NCBI GenBank assembly: GCA_017654855.1
Contig: CM030332.1
Coordinates: 4,216,001-4,280,000 of the forward strand
Length of the DNA stretch: 64,000 nucleotides
Source of the DNA: Podospora anserina
Taxonomy: Eukaryota
Reading direction: 5' to 3'
A program made the translations under genes and the position numbers. The notes beneath the pieces are model-generated. The model had not been told where the DNA came from and did not search any database. It saw only the letters and a program-made list of their open reading frames with translations. This document shows positions 14,821 to 27,742 of the stretch, one piece after another (the stretch's first letter is position 1; the number at the start of each line of letters is the position of its first letter).

Positions 14821-16963
14821 GGTGCCGCAATATTTTCCCCAGCTTCGTAGGCTGGAACCTGCTTGGTTTTTTTTTTTGGTGGTCTAGGAATAAAAGCAAG
14901 ACTTGCTACGAAGGGACAACTTGAAGCGCAAAAAACGCCAACTCCGGCAGGATCTGGAGGAGTCCGGGGATGCTCGGCGCAGGTCGACTGTGATCAGGAT
15001 TGGGTAGAGAAATATGGAGGCCAGACGAGGGGCAACGTGGGTCAGACGGTTGCCGCGAAAATGTTACTGGTGTCGCCAGTTGTGGAGGAGGGGCAGGGCA
15101 AGATTATTACCAGGGGGGTGCAACTCTAAAATCAAGTTGAACGGTTGTCCTCGCCACAAACAGCAACGGGGCTTGGCGGCAAAGTCAGCTACAATCCATG
15201 CTGGCTGATAGGCCAGCTGCCCTGTAACTGCTCTTTCGTAGGTATCCAGCAGCAGCCTTGTTGGTGACCTTCGATACCAAGCACAATGACCAAGACAATA
15301 GGAAGATCAATGGAACCTACCTACCTTGGGACAAAACACCAATCCCATTTGTTGTCTTTATTCTCTTTTAATGGCGTGTTTGCAGTCATAGTTTGTTTGG
15401 TTTCAAGTGATTGGTACTTTTCCTACCCCGCTGTGGTTGGCTCCTGATCCCACCTCCAAGAGAGCTTCATATATATCACACGCGTAGATCGAGTCTTCAA
15501 AGGGACAACACTGAGAAAAAGAAGAGGCCGTAGACCCATGGAACATCATTGGCTTTCATTTTTCTTGTGACACGTACTTTCACTTGCTATTCTCGAGGGC
15601 AACTTTGCTGCGCCCACTGTTGACGGACTTTTAGATGCATCCCCGAAGCGAAAGACCGAGAGCTTGGGTGATGATAATGGAATGGTCGGACGAGCTGGAG
15701 AAAAAGATCGTTGCTTACGACGTCGTCAGATTGGGGCTTTTAGACTCTGTCGGCGTTGGACTCCAGCAAGCTGGCATGCACGTCGGCAACGACGGAAGAG
15801 TGACCGGTGAATGTGGCACATCCACTTCAGGCCACCCTCGCTGCCCTCGGGTTGGAACCACAAAACTCCATTTCACGCTGACTTCCTTTTCTCACTTGAC
15901 CACCACCCATCACTCACCTACTGGCTGCACCTTCATTGCAGACACACGATATTCTTCCTTGTCCTTGGCCAACAAGCTGTTGCTACGCGTGCTATTTACT
16001 GTCCGGGAGATATTGAGGTACTCAGTAAGTCTGTCTCTCTTCGATTTTCATTGCATTCCCTTGGCCCCTAAAAAGCAAAAGGGCCAACGCGTGACCGTGG
16101 GGCGAGCTGTGCCTGTTGGTTCGACCAAGCGGCGACATCGCGGTCAGCTTCGATGGCGAGGCTGGCAACGGGAAGACGGCGAGTCGCAGGCCGGACCAGC
16201 TGTCAGCCTCATCGAATGAGCGAGTTGGTGCATCCAAAGACCGATCCGGTGGGTGGGTGGGAGCTAACCTGACCGTCAGGTGGGGCTTAGGCTCGACGCA
16301 AGCACGGACCACGGATACCTGGGCTCCGTCCACCATAGGTTTTCCAATCTTCTCCTCTGACACCCACCCACTGCGAAATTCAGCGACACCATCATCACTA
16401 AACCACACCGGGGTCTCCAGCTCTGCACGCAACCCCACCCCAGCACCGTCGCTACAGACCAAGAGCAGAGCTGTAATACATTCTGCTGCCTGGAGGGCAT
16501 GATTGGATGACCTGTAAGTTGCTACATCGCCTGCATTTGCGCGCTTGCCTACGCGGTGAGCTCGCCGCGTCTTGTCCATCAAACCTATCATCAAATCGGG
16601 CACATGCCCATCAACAGCTACCCCTTGCTGCCTCCCTGGTGTCGGTGACGCCTGGTTTTCGATGGATTCCGCTGTCCGCGTTGTCCTCGATGCCATAGAA
16701 CCAACGTACACCGCTCCCACGGTCGCTGGGACACGCAATCGTTCCTGTTCATCAACCCAGCCTCGCCTTCATCACTTACACCCCTCCTTATGCGACAAGC
16801 ATCATTGAAGCACCGTCCTGGCCCATGACATGTAGTTGTTGAGTGATTTTGGGTCGCCCAGGCGGCCTCTCCACGACCCCCCAATTCGCGACTGGTCTAC
16901 TGCTAGAGAATCTCAACTGACATCGTCGCCATGTAGCAGGCAGCTTGCGGTCTGAACTTCACA

Positions 16964-19900
16964 ATGTCAACATCTCCAGAACGGAGCCCTGTCAACGGGC
17001 ACCACTCGCCCTCGCCGGACGAGAACACTTCGTACTATGGAAACGGCCACCAAAGCGATAGCGATCTCTCCGACGTTCAGCATGCGCCAGCCGACGCTGG
17101 CTCCCCGGAGTATCACGATGCCGACGCGGACGCGGATGCCGATGACGTCGAAAACCCGGTGGAGCACCCCGAGGTGACCTTTCAAGGGCCGTCCGACTCG
17201 GAGGACAATGATGCGTCAGACGACGGAGATTTTGACGCGGCGGGCAGTCCCGCCTCTGTTCAGAGTCACGATGACCATCCCCGCCGCACCATGTCGGTGT
17301 CAGAGCGACCCGCCCCGAAGCGGAAAGCTGCCCAAGTAGTCGAGGAAGATTTCATGAGGGAGAATCCAGAGTTGTATGGGTTGAGACGTAGCGTACGGCC
17401 TTGCCAATTTCCTCAGGGTAACTTCACAGCTAACATCCCTTTTAGTCGCGTCCTACACAGCGCCGCAAGGTCGTAAGTACATGGTCGCCCTCTGGAAACC
17501 TGGTATACACCCTAACCTGATGACACAGGTCGATTCAGATGAGGAAGAAGATGCGTCCGATTCGGATGCTACACCAGCTCCGCGTAAAGGGAACAAGCGA
17601 CGCCGGCTGGAACGCTCAGCTCCTGGTATGTTGAAGACCCTCGACGAAGAAGCAGTCTATATAGGGCATGTCGCTGACGATCAATCAATTAAACAGTGTC
17701 CAAACGCGGCACACCAATGCGCCAAACTTCGGTTGACGACTCGGAATCAGACACGTACGGCGGCGCGAGAGCCCGGAGCTTTCAGAAAAAGGCTCGGCGG
17801 CAACAAGAGTTGCAGCCCGCCCTCGCCTTGGCGGAGAAGCGGTGGTCGAGCCGGCGTGCTGCCCAAGTATCCGCCGGCGCCTACCAAGAAAGCGAAGCTG
17901 AAGAAGAGGACGAGTCAGAGCTCACACCAAACTACTGGGCCCAAGACGTGGAGGACAATTCACCATACATTGAAAAGATTCTCCGTCACCGTCTAAAGGA
18001 GGGATTGGAGTATTCGGAAGACACGAACCGCAACGACTTTGAGTATTTCATCAAATGGCAGAACAAGTCACATCTCCATGACACATGGGAGACCACTGCG
18101 ACTGTTGCCGGATATCGTGGCTTCCGTCGTCTCGAGAACTACTACCGAAAGGTTGTCGAGTACGACATAGAGATGAGGCTTGGTGGAGACGATGTAAGCC
18201 CTGAACAACGCGAGCAGTGGCTTCTAGATCGCGAGCGTGAGGAAGAGGCTCTCGCAGATTACACAAAGGTTGAGCGCATCGTCCACGTCCGCGAAGGGGA
18301 TGAGGAGACAGAATATCTTGTAAAGTGGAAAGGTCTTCAGTATGACGACTGCACCTGGGAAGTTGAATCCTTGGTGAGCGAGCAGGCTCAGGACAAGATC
18401 GACCAGTACACTGCGCGCTCTCAACGGTCTTGGCAATCGGACCGCAAAGAAACCAACCTCGAAACCCGGTCACGAATGGAGAAGCTTGAGGAGCAGCCAG
18501 ATTACATCCAGGGAGGTCAGCTTCGCGAATTCCAGCTGAAGGGGCTTAACTTCCTTGCCCTGAACTGGACCCGCGGCAACAATGTCATCCTTGCCGACGA
18601 GATGGGTCTCGGCAAGACGGTCCAGACAGTGTCGTTTCTCAGCTGGCTTAGAAATGAACGCGGGCAAGAAGGGCCGTTCCTGGTTGTGGCACCCCTCAGT
18701 GTTATTCCGGCATGGTGCGATACTTTCAACCACTGGTCTCCCGATATTAACTACGTCGTCTACCTTGGCCCAGAGGCGGCGAGATCCAACATTCGGGAAT
18801 ATGAACTGTTTGTCGATGGCAACCCAAAGAAGCCAAAGTTCAATGTTCTGGTCACGTCTTACGACTACATCTTGGCAGATGCGGATCATTTGAAGGGCAT
18901 CAAGTGGCAGGTTCTGGCTGTGGACGAGGCGCATCGCTTGAAGAATCGCGAGTCCCAATTATACGTCAAGCTGAACGGCTTTGGTATACCCAGCAAGGTC
19001 CTTATCACCGGTACGCCCATTCAGAACAACCTCGCCGAGCTTGCGGCTCTTTTGGATTTCCTGAATCCAGGCAAGGTCTTGATCGACGAGGAGTTGGAGC
19101 TTCTATCTACGGCCGACAGCAAGGAGCCGGTCGACGAGCAGCTGGACGAGGCCAAGCGGCTGAAGACACAGGCCAAGCTTCAGGACCTGCATAAATCCAT
19201 CGCGCCGTTCATCTTGCGTCGTACAAAGGAGACTGTCGAGTCAGACTTGCCACCAAAAACGGAAAAGATCATTCGCGTCGAACTTTCCGATCTTCAGCTG
19301 GAGTATTACAAGAATATCTTGACGCGAAACTATGCAGCCCTCAGCGACGCTAGCAACGGTCACAAGCAATCGCTCCTGAATATCATGATGGAACTCAAGA
19401 AGGTCAGCAATCATCCATACATGTTCCAGGGTGCCGAGGAGCGTGTTCTCGCCAACGGTTCCGGCCGCCGGGAGGATGCGGTGAAGGGTTTGATCACAAG
19501 CAGTGGCAAGATGATGCTCTTGGACCAGCTTTTGGCAAAGCTCAAGAAAGATGGCCATCGCGTGCTTATCTTCAGCCAAATGGTCAAGATGCTCGACATC
19601 CTGGCAGACTATTTGCGGATTCGCGGCTACCAGTTCCAGCGTCTTGATGGCACGATCCCTGCTGGACCTCGTCGTCTGGCTATCAATCACTTCAATGCTG
19701 AAGATAGTGACGACTTCTGCTTCCTGCTGTCAACAAGAGCCGGTGGTCTCGGCATCAACCTGATGACAGCCGATACTGTGATTATCTACGATTCGGACTG
19801 GAATCCACAAGCAGATCTGCAGGCGATGGCTCGTGCCCACAGAATCGGTCAAAAGAGACCTGTCAATGTCTATCGTCTCGTTGCGAAGCAGACCATCGAA

Positions 19901-22303
19901 GAGGAGGTCGTGAAGCGCGCCCGAAACAAACTGTTCCTTGAGTACCTGACCATCCAGGCCGGCGTGACGGATGAGGGCAAGGCTCTTCGCGAGCAATTCA
20001 AGGAACGGGGCATGAAGATGGACGAAGCCAAGACAGCCGAGGATATATCGATGATTCTGAAGATGCGTTCACAGAACCTGTTTGAGCAGTCGGGCAACCA
20101 AGAGAAGTTGGAGCAGCTCGATATTGACGCCATCCTCGAAAACGCCGAGGTCACCAAGACAGATGTTGACGACAAGATCAATCTCAGCAGTGGTGGTATT
20201 GATTGGGACAACTGGATGCACTTCACTGATGTCAAGGTGGACGATCTGGCTCTCGACTGGGACCAAATCATTCCCGCCGACCAGCTCGCTGCCATCAAGG
20301 CAGAGGAGGACAAGAAAAAGCATGAAGAGTATCTTGCCAAAGCCATGGAAGAGTCTGCACCACGCAAGGCCGCCATCAAGGGCTCTAAGAAGAATGTTGA
20401 GAACGAACGGGCCGAACGTCTTGCCAAGAAGCGACAGCGCGAAAAGCTGGAGTTGGAAGAGTTCGAGGAACAGCGTGCGCAGGCTTCCGATCCTCGGCGC
20501 CCACTTAATGAGAAGGAAACGCGCAATCTTATCCGAGCATTCTTCCGGTATGGCGACTTTGATGACCGAGAAGACGAACTCGTTCAGGATGCCCGTCTCA
20601 GTGACCGAGACCGCGAGTTTTTGAAAGGTATCATTGACGATCTAGTGGCCGTGAGCAAGCAAGCTGTTGACCTCAACAACGAAAGGCTTCGCGGGGAAGA
20701 AGAACGAGCTGGCAAACCGCTTGCCAAGAAGGACAAGAAGGCCGTTCTGGTGGACTTTGGCGAGGTTAGGAAAGTCAACGCCGAGACGGTGGTGGAGAGA
20801 CCCCCTCAGCTTAAGCTTCTGCGTCGCGTGCTTGCAGAGCACGGCGACATCCTGACCTTCCGTCTTCCTGAGGCAGCCAAGTCTGCCGCCTACAGCTGTG
20901 AATGGGGTGCGCGGGAAGATGGCATGCTTCTTGTCGGTATTGATCGATATGGGTTTGGTGCCTGGACTCAGATTCGAGATGACCCGGAGCTGAACATGCA
21001 AGACAAGTTCTTCCTCGAGGAGCATCGTGTCGACAAGAAGGAGGAGCGTCGCAAAGGGGATGAAAAGGGGATACAGTCTCCCGGTGCTGTCCACCTGGTT
21101 CGGCGGTCCGAGTATCTCCTTTCAGTGCTTCTGGCCAAGTACTCCAACGACGCCAATGCCAAGAAGGCCGTCGAGAACCACCATCGCAGTAAGAAGCTAC
21201 TGATGAACGGCGGTCGCCGCGCTGATGGGGGGTCTGTCTCGGCGTCTCCTGCCCCGCAGATGTCCAAGAAGAATAGCCGTGATCGTAACTACTCCCATGC
21301 CGAACACCATCGGTCTTATAGCAACGGGAATGACCGCGGTACGCCCCGACCCGACAAGCGGAAGTATGCCGATGACTACGATGATCGCAACTCCAAACAT
21401 CGTCGTGTAGAGGTTGATGCGAAGCACGACAAGAAGCCCCGGGAGAAGGAGAGGCCCAAAATGGATCCTGAGACTATGGAGAGGTACAAGCGTGACAGGC
21501 AAAAGGCAGTAGATCGGTTCTGGGAACTGGCGAACTTGAAGGACGAAGAGATCAACCACTCGGACAACCTTCAGCTGGTGTGGTCGCTTCTTCGCCCGCT
21601 CAAGAAGAACATGGAGCGTATCATGTGTTCCAAAGAGCTCTTCCCTGCCGCTAAGCAACGGGCCAAGGTTCTCGGTGCGGAGATCCGCGAGTTTGGCAAC
21701 TTCCTGAAAGATTTGCGGGCCAAGAACCCAGAACTTGAGGGAGAGGGCCTCGAGACGCAGTTTTGGTAAGTCTGGTCGACTCGTTGGACCTGAATTGAAT
21801 ATTCTGCTAACATTTCCATCAGGGAATTCCTGTCTTCGATCTGGCCTCTTGGCGACGTGAAGGTCTCGGGCAAGAGGCTTCAAAAGATGTACGGGGACTT
21901 GGAGGAACGGGGCAGCAAGGACCGTCATGACGAGAAGCAGCCCACAGAACCAAGACGAGGCAGGCATCCGGATCTTGAGGATGGCGAGATCGCAAGCGAC
22001 CGTGACGATCGCCGGGCGCGCCACCCTTACCGTGATGACCGCCGTGAAGAGCGCAGGGAGGAACGCAAGGATCGTCGAGATGACCGCCGGGACGACCGTC
22101 GCGATGACCGCCGCGATGATTATCGTCGTGATGACCGCCGGGATAGCCGCCGGGATGAGCCGGCACGCCGCAGCAACTACTATGACGACGACCGTCTCAA
22201 CTTCCACAGGCATCGTCGGCCAGCGGAGAACAGTCAGGGGCAACCTGCCCGTCACTCACGGCAGCAGAACCGCAGCCCAACGACCCGTCACAGTCCCTAC
22301 TAG
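16964..22303 (+). CDS. CHD1: Chromodomain-helicase-DNA-binding remodeler Chd1/Hrp1-Hrp3 (exons approx. 16964-17392, 17446-17472, 17529-17625, 17696-21765, 21823-22303)
   Basis: Tandem chromodomains (IKWQNKSHLHDTWE, YLVKWKGLQYDDCTWE), SNF2 ATPase motifs (ILADEMGLGKT, DEAH, DWNPQADLQAMARAHRIGQ) and a SANT/SLIDE-like region. Canonical introns keep the frame. Confidence 0.96.
22033..22158 (+). repeat. Coding (RDDR)n repeat in the CHD1 C-terminal tail
   Basis: Repeated GATGACCGCCG units encoding DRRDDRRDDRRDD. Confidence 0.8.
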
Positions 22304-24165
22304 TAGGTTTCTTGAGCGATGGTCGAAAGGCGACGTCTTTCTCTGATATTAAGAAAAAATAGGGGGGGATGGACGTTGGCAATTGTTTATTGAGCATTCA
22401 ACCGGCATTTATTGCATTCGTCTGGCGTACTGGGCACCATAAGGGAGTGTGTTTTAACGCGAGGGGTTGTGTTCATCTCGTCTCTTTGCTCACACATATG
22501 CGAGAACTGATAAACGTTTTTTACATACCCGGGTATTGCATTTTTGGGGTTCAAAATAAGGAGTGTTTTTGGTGGGTGTATCGAGAGGTTTTTACCATGA
22601 TTTGACGGGTCGAGGAAAAGAGAACCGAGAGAGAGAGCAGGGACAACAAGAGTGGAGGGGGATGTTTATTGATCCGGCATTAGCGATGAGTTCTCTTTGC
22701 TTTCTGGTAGTTTTTTGCTTCTATCTGTAATTTTTTTTCTCGTTGTCTTTTTGTGGGCACTTAGAGCGTGTTGTGTGTGTGTGATTTGTTTTTGTTTATC
22801 TTGTCTTGCAGGGTGAACATATGACGGGGTGAGGGAGAGAGGTAACTTGAGAGTTTCAAGGGTACCTGCCTACCTACCTACCTAGTATTCTTATTGTTGT
22901 CTCTCTGTCTATCTTGTCTACTGTCTGGGTGGTGGTGGCAGGGCTTGTATTCGCCTTGAGACTCTATAATTTTTGGGGGGAGGTCATTTATTTACTTTTT
23001 TTTTGTCATGGGAAGATGAACGAAAAGGTGGGTTGGTTGGTTGGTGTTTGGTGTGTGTGAGTGAGTGTGTGCGGTGTGGTGCAAAAGATCATGATAAGTA
23101 TACAGACGTGAGATGAGATGAGAGGGAGGTATGGATGTCATTTAGAGTATAGCTGGAGATGTGAGATGAGAAGAGATAGATACAAAGTCTCGAAAAAAGA
23201 GAGAGTTATTGTTACAAATAATGAGAAGATGGTAAAACAATTAATATCTGACTATCTATCTATGCTGTGTTGGCGGCGGCTGATAATGACGCTGCCGCCG
23301 TCAACAACAAAGTCACGTGAATTATTTCGACGCTGCCGTCGTCGTCCCTCGCTTGCAACAGGATCAAGTGATGATACCACACTGACGGTTTTATTCATTA
23401 TCTCCCCTTGTAATCGTAACAGTAAGTGATAAAAAACCAATAATATTTTGTTCTCCTTCCAAAAAGGTGAAAAAAGGCTGAATCTAATAAACTCCAAGTC
23501 TCCCGAGTAATGGACCCCATAAGACAAATAAAGGGCGACTGAACCACTGCTTCTTATTGTTCCTATCCCCTCAAACTCCATAAACACCAGACTTGACTTC
23601 TTCTTCCCTGTTCCGCTCCCATATATGTGATGATCTCTCTCTCCCTCTTGCGGAGAAAGGTGAATAAAAACGGTATGTACCAAGTTCGGGGGTATGTACT
23701 ATATGTGTAAATGTGACGATGGAATGTAATGGACGTGTGTAATCGAAATTTTCATGTACCCTGTTTTTTGCTCCCCAACACTGATAAGAAATCCACGGAG
23801 TTTGTGTTCCATCCTCCCCTGGAAAGACGAGACCCTGCTGGCTTGACCTCCCAGTTGACAGTACGCTGCCTCAATAATACCGCCAATGCCTGATAAAAGA
23901 AAAAAGGCCACCCGGACAATTAATAAACCGACCAGCTTCCAGTTTATTTTTTCCCTCTCTCATGTCGAATGTGAAACAGAAACTCCATCTTGTGCAATGG
24001 GAATGATGCGACGCCGGGCCATGATGGGATCGGAAAACACAAAGCCAACCGGTTTGTTGCTTATAAACAAAAGAATGCCGTGAGTTGTCGAAAAAAAGCG
24101 CCAATAGAAACCAAGTGATTTGCTCAAGGGAGAAACTGAACAACAACCCCCACCACCGAGGCCAG

Positions 24166-26162
24166 TCAATCAATGAGATGGCCCATACTCCTCGGCTTGC
24201 TACCAGGGGAGATCGTCTTCATAGCGGAAGCGACAAACTCTTGGTTGGTAGGCGTGGTCGGTGGACTAGATGTAAGCCCAGCAGCTGGGAGTACAAGCGG
24301 TTCTGGCCGTCGAACTTGATCCTTGGGCCGTAATGATGGGAGACCGGCAGGTGAGTCGTCTGGCGGGGAGGACAAGTCGGATGAATCGGGGTCCAAAAAC
24401 TGCTTCTTAGGGGTCTTTATTTCCCTGATTGGCACCGCTTTGGTAGCTTTGAACGTCTGGTTGATCCTGTTCTTGGGCTTGGGGGCTGCCTTCTTCGGTT
24501 GTCTCGGCTTTCTCTTGGGGGCGGCCTTTTGCGTCGCAGGCGCGGGCTCGGCCGCTCTAGTGGTGCTAAAGCTGAGCGTGCTCTGTTTAGGGGGTCTGCC
24601 CCTCAGCCTGGGCGCTGGAAGGAGGGCATTGCGAAGCTTGGGACTGGCAATCGGCGTCGGCATACCGCCTTGCTCGGAAAGTTTCGACTTGCGGTTGCCG
24701 GGAGTCTGTACTTCCTGCGAGGACCGCGAAGATTGAGATGGTTGCGAAGACTGCGATGACTCGAACCCATCGTCATCGTCTTCTGTCCTTTTCCGCTTGC
24801 GCTCAAGTAGGATGTCGATTCTATTGCGCTCTAGGTTGGCGGCGTAGCGCTTCTCCTTCAGCTCATCCCCAGTGACCATGTAGGATTCCCGATCTCCTAT
24901 ATCTTGCTGATCCCAACGTGGCAAGTTGACCAATTCCGCGACGTCGTCACACTTCGCTTTGATGACCAGATCCCAGCAATCCTTGAATTCGACGCCCTGT
25001 GGCTCCGGGTCAAGATTGATCCAGGCAGTAAGGCCGTCTCTCTTGCTCCGGGTCAGCTGGCATAGCTCCTTGACGAGTCTTCGCACGCCAGGGATTTTGA
25101 GCGTAGTCCCCACCACAACAACAGCGTCCGGAACTCTCCGTAGATCTGCCTTTGAAACCATCCCGATCGCATCCTCGTCGGGGTTGTATTCGTTGTATAG
25201 CACAATCCGTGGGCGTAACTTGCCGATGCCGTGACTTCGCTTCCCCGCAAAAGCGGTTCGTACTTCGTCCTGCTCCTTGCACTTCTCGCAGAGTGGGGGC
25301 TCCGGGCCCTGAAACAGCGACGGGTTGAAGGTCTCCAAGTGGTTGCATTTTGTGCACACCATTTTCTCCAAGCCGCCATGGAGTTGAATCGTCGTTGGCC
25401 ATGGGCCTTTGCTGTTCAGGGGAACATTCGTCGCGAGCGGTGGCATCTGAGTATCTAAACTATCGATATTCTGAGTGTACAAGCGCATGAGCCGGCCCTC
25501 TGAGGCAATGGATGCCAGCATGTGGTGGAACGGCGTTGGCTTGGCTTCAGATGCCATCTGCGACAATTCGCGGACCATGTCGTGGAAGGAGGTGGTGGAG
25601 GAGTCGTGTTTGTAGACGGAGGCATCAAAAAGGTGCTTCCCAGACGCCTTGAGCTTGTGTTGGCCGCGCAGTGTCGTGAAGAGTCCTGTCGATGAACGAA
25701 AGTCGGGAACTGGGGGTCACATCTCAGTCAGCATTAAGGGGTACAGATGTTGGGTGGATGAAGGGTTAACCTACTGCCTGCAGAAACAGAGATTCCAGCG
25801 CCCGCAATCACCACAATCTTCTTCTTCTTTCTCAGGGCTGTCAACAGCCTCTGAAGATTCTCTTGGTCCTCATTGTCATAATTCTCCAGGTCGACATACT
25901 TGGTTGTGCGGGGCCGTGGGGCTGCGACGCGACGGCGCTTGGTTGGTGGGGGACCGTCTGTCCGCACCTGGATCTCTCCCGAAAGGTCTGGCATGTCGTA
26001 TGACTTCCGTGGAGTTGCGCTGCCCGAGGTAGTTGCGCTAGCACTCGGTGATGGGTATCGATTGGAAACATCCATGGCGGGTGAAGGGGGCGAGGGAGAC
26101 TGTGAAAGGACCGAGAGAGGTGACGATGGAGGGGACGCTGTTGAGCGTCTGGAAAACGCCAT
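24166..26162 (-). CDS. HST4: Sir2-family NAD-dependent deacetylase, Hst3/Hst4 class (one intron, approx. 25711-25773)
   Basis: VVIAGAGISVSAG|IPDFRSSTGLF, RLYTQNIDSL, catalytic QLHG, zinc motif CTKC...CEKC, LRPRIVLYNE and VVVVGTTLKIPG. Confidence 0.88.
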
Positions 26163-27742
26163 GGTGGCGGTCTAAGTTGGCGTCAGAGCGAAGAAAACCC
26201 AACAGTCTGTCAATGGTGTGGCTGGAGCAGAGTTTGTGGGTTTCGCAGGACCCTCGGGGTGAGAGGAGCAAGCCGAGCGGAGGGCGGTCGGTGTTGGCCA
26301 AGTGTTGGTTATATCATGACGAGATGCCAAAGCCCACAGTGTGTAGAAAAAGGTTTTCCCCCAGGGTTGGGCGGATAATAGCAGGTCGCGTGGACAATAG
26401 GTGAAAAGGCGCGCTCGGTGGGCCGTGGTTCACGCGTCGTTGGGTGAAATGGGACAAAATGAGGGTGGTTGAGTGCCTGAGGCTTGGAATTACCCACGGC
26501 TGGGCATTGTTCGAGGTTGACGTTCGTTCTTTGCCGGGGCGCAGAAAGCGCAGAAAGGGGAGGATGCGAGTTTGCGATTGGCGGCAGATGCAGGCCGTAA
26601 CAGCCAAGCAAAAGCCCCAGAAAATACCGCTCCCCTGGCACCTACGATCCACTGTGCGTTCATCGGGGCAACGGTTAGAGGTATCCATCCACATGTATGT
26701 AGATCCAGGGATGGCTTAGATATCGGATGCCCACCTTAGGTATCTCGTATTATGGACGAGAAGAGAGAAAGGACTCTTGGAGCAGTTGTGGTTATTTAGG
26801 CCCAACCAAGGCCCTTCAACTATGGCCTTTCACCTCGACACTTTTATGGACGTGCCACGATGGCTCGGGCTATGTCTTTGGGCACTGAAGTGGCCCGTGC
26901 GAGGCTCGGGATGTTAAGAACCAAATTCCTCAGGTAAGAAGGTCACCAGCACTTTGATGCTTGGTTGGGCCAACCCATCATCTTCTGGCGATCTTGCTCT
27001 CCTTATCCATACATCCAGGGCGGGCAGGTAGTTTTCCGAGCTGTGACTACCCGAAAAGCATTTTGAGATTCAGCAATGTCAACTAGGACAAAATGTGAGG
27101 ATAGCTGATCCTGACTACCCAGAAGCAAGATGACGTGCGTGTGCTGCGTGGGTACAAAGGTACGTACCTTAGCTGGGTGGGTGACCTAGCGTTGCTCGGA
27201 AACCAGGCAGCTTGGCATGCAGCACTTGCAATGGGCGGTGGGCTGGCAGCCACAACGTGTGGCTTTGTTCCCTTCAGCCTGCCAGGTGCCATTCACTTCA
27301 CTCCGGGTGCGTTCTCTCAGTGGCTCTACAAGGTGTACGCAGTACATGCTGCAAGCCGCCACAGCACACTCACTCAGTAAGTATCTATGAGAAGCCATCT
27401 TCATCTTGCAGCCGCGTAGAACAAGACGATCATCAGCATCCATCATCAACTTCCATCAGTGTTCCATAAGCTCCATCATAGATACTGAAGTCCATCATCG
27501 CGCCAATACCATTTCAGTCACTGCTGCTTCACGTCATACACACCTAGCAAGTGGGACCTTCAACATAAATACAGCAGCAGCTTTTATTTCACGGTAATTC
27601 CATAGTCTGAAACACTCTCAAGCACACGTGAACCCAAAGCTCATTATCGTATCAGAACAGACTTGCCAAGGTAACCCACCAAAACGGTCGACGGCGTTGA
27701 GTTTGAAGCTTTCCCAACAAGCCGAGGGCGGCGGCCCACATC

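Noticed and set aside
15635-16738. 194-aa (+) and 238-aa (-) ORFs between RLI1 and CHD1
   Set aside because: No motifs and non-coding-like composition; most likely CHD1 promoter or 5' leader.
21197-22255. 352-aa minus-strand ORF, and similar long antisense ORFs over SLD3, PRP40, MED16 and PRE2
   Set aside because: These are antisense to well-supported genes with biased codon usage or repeats, and show no independent motifs.
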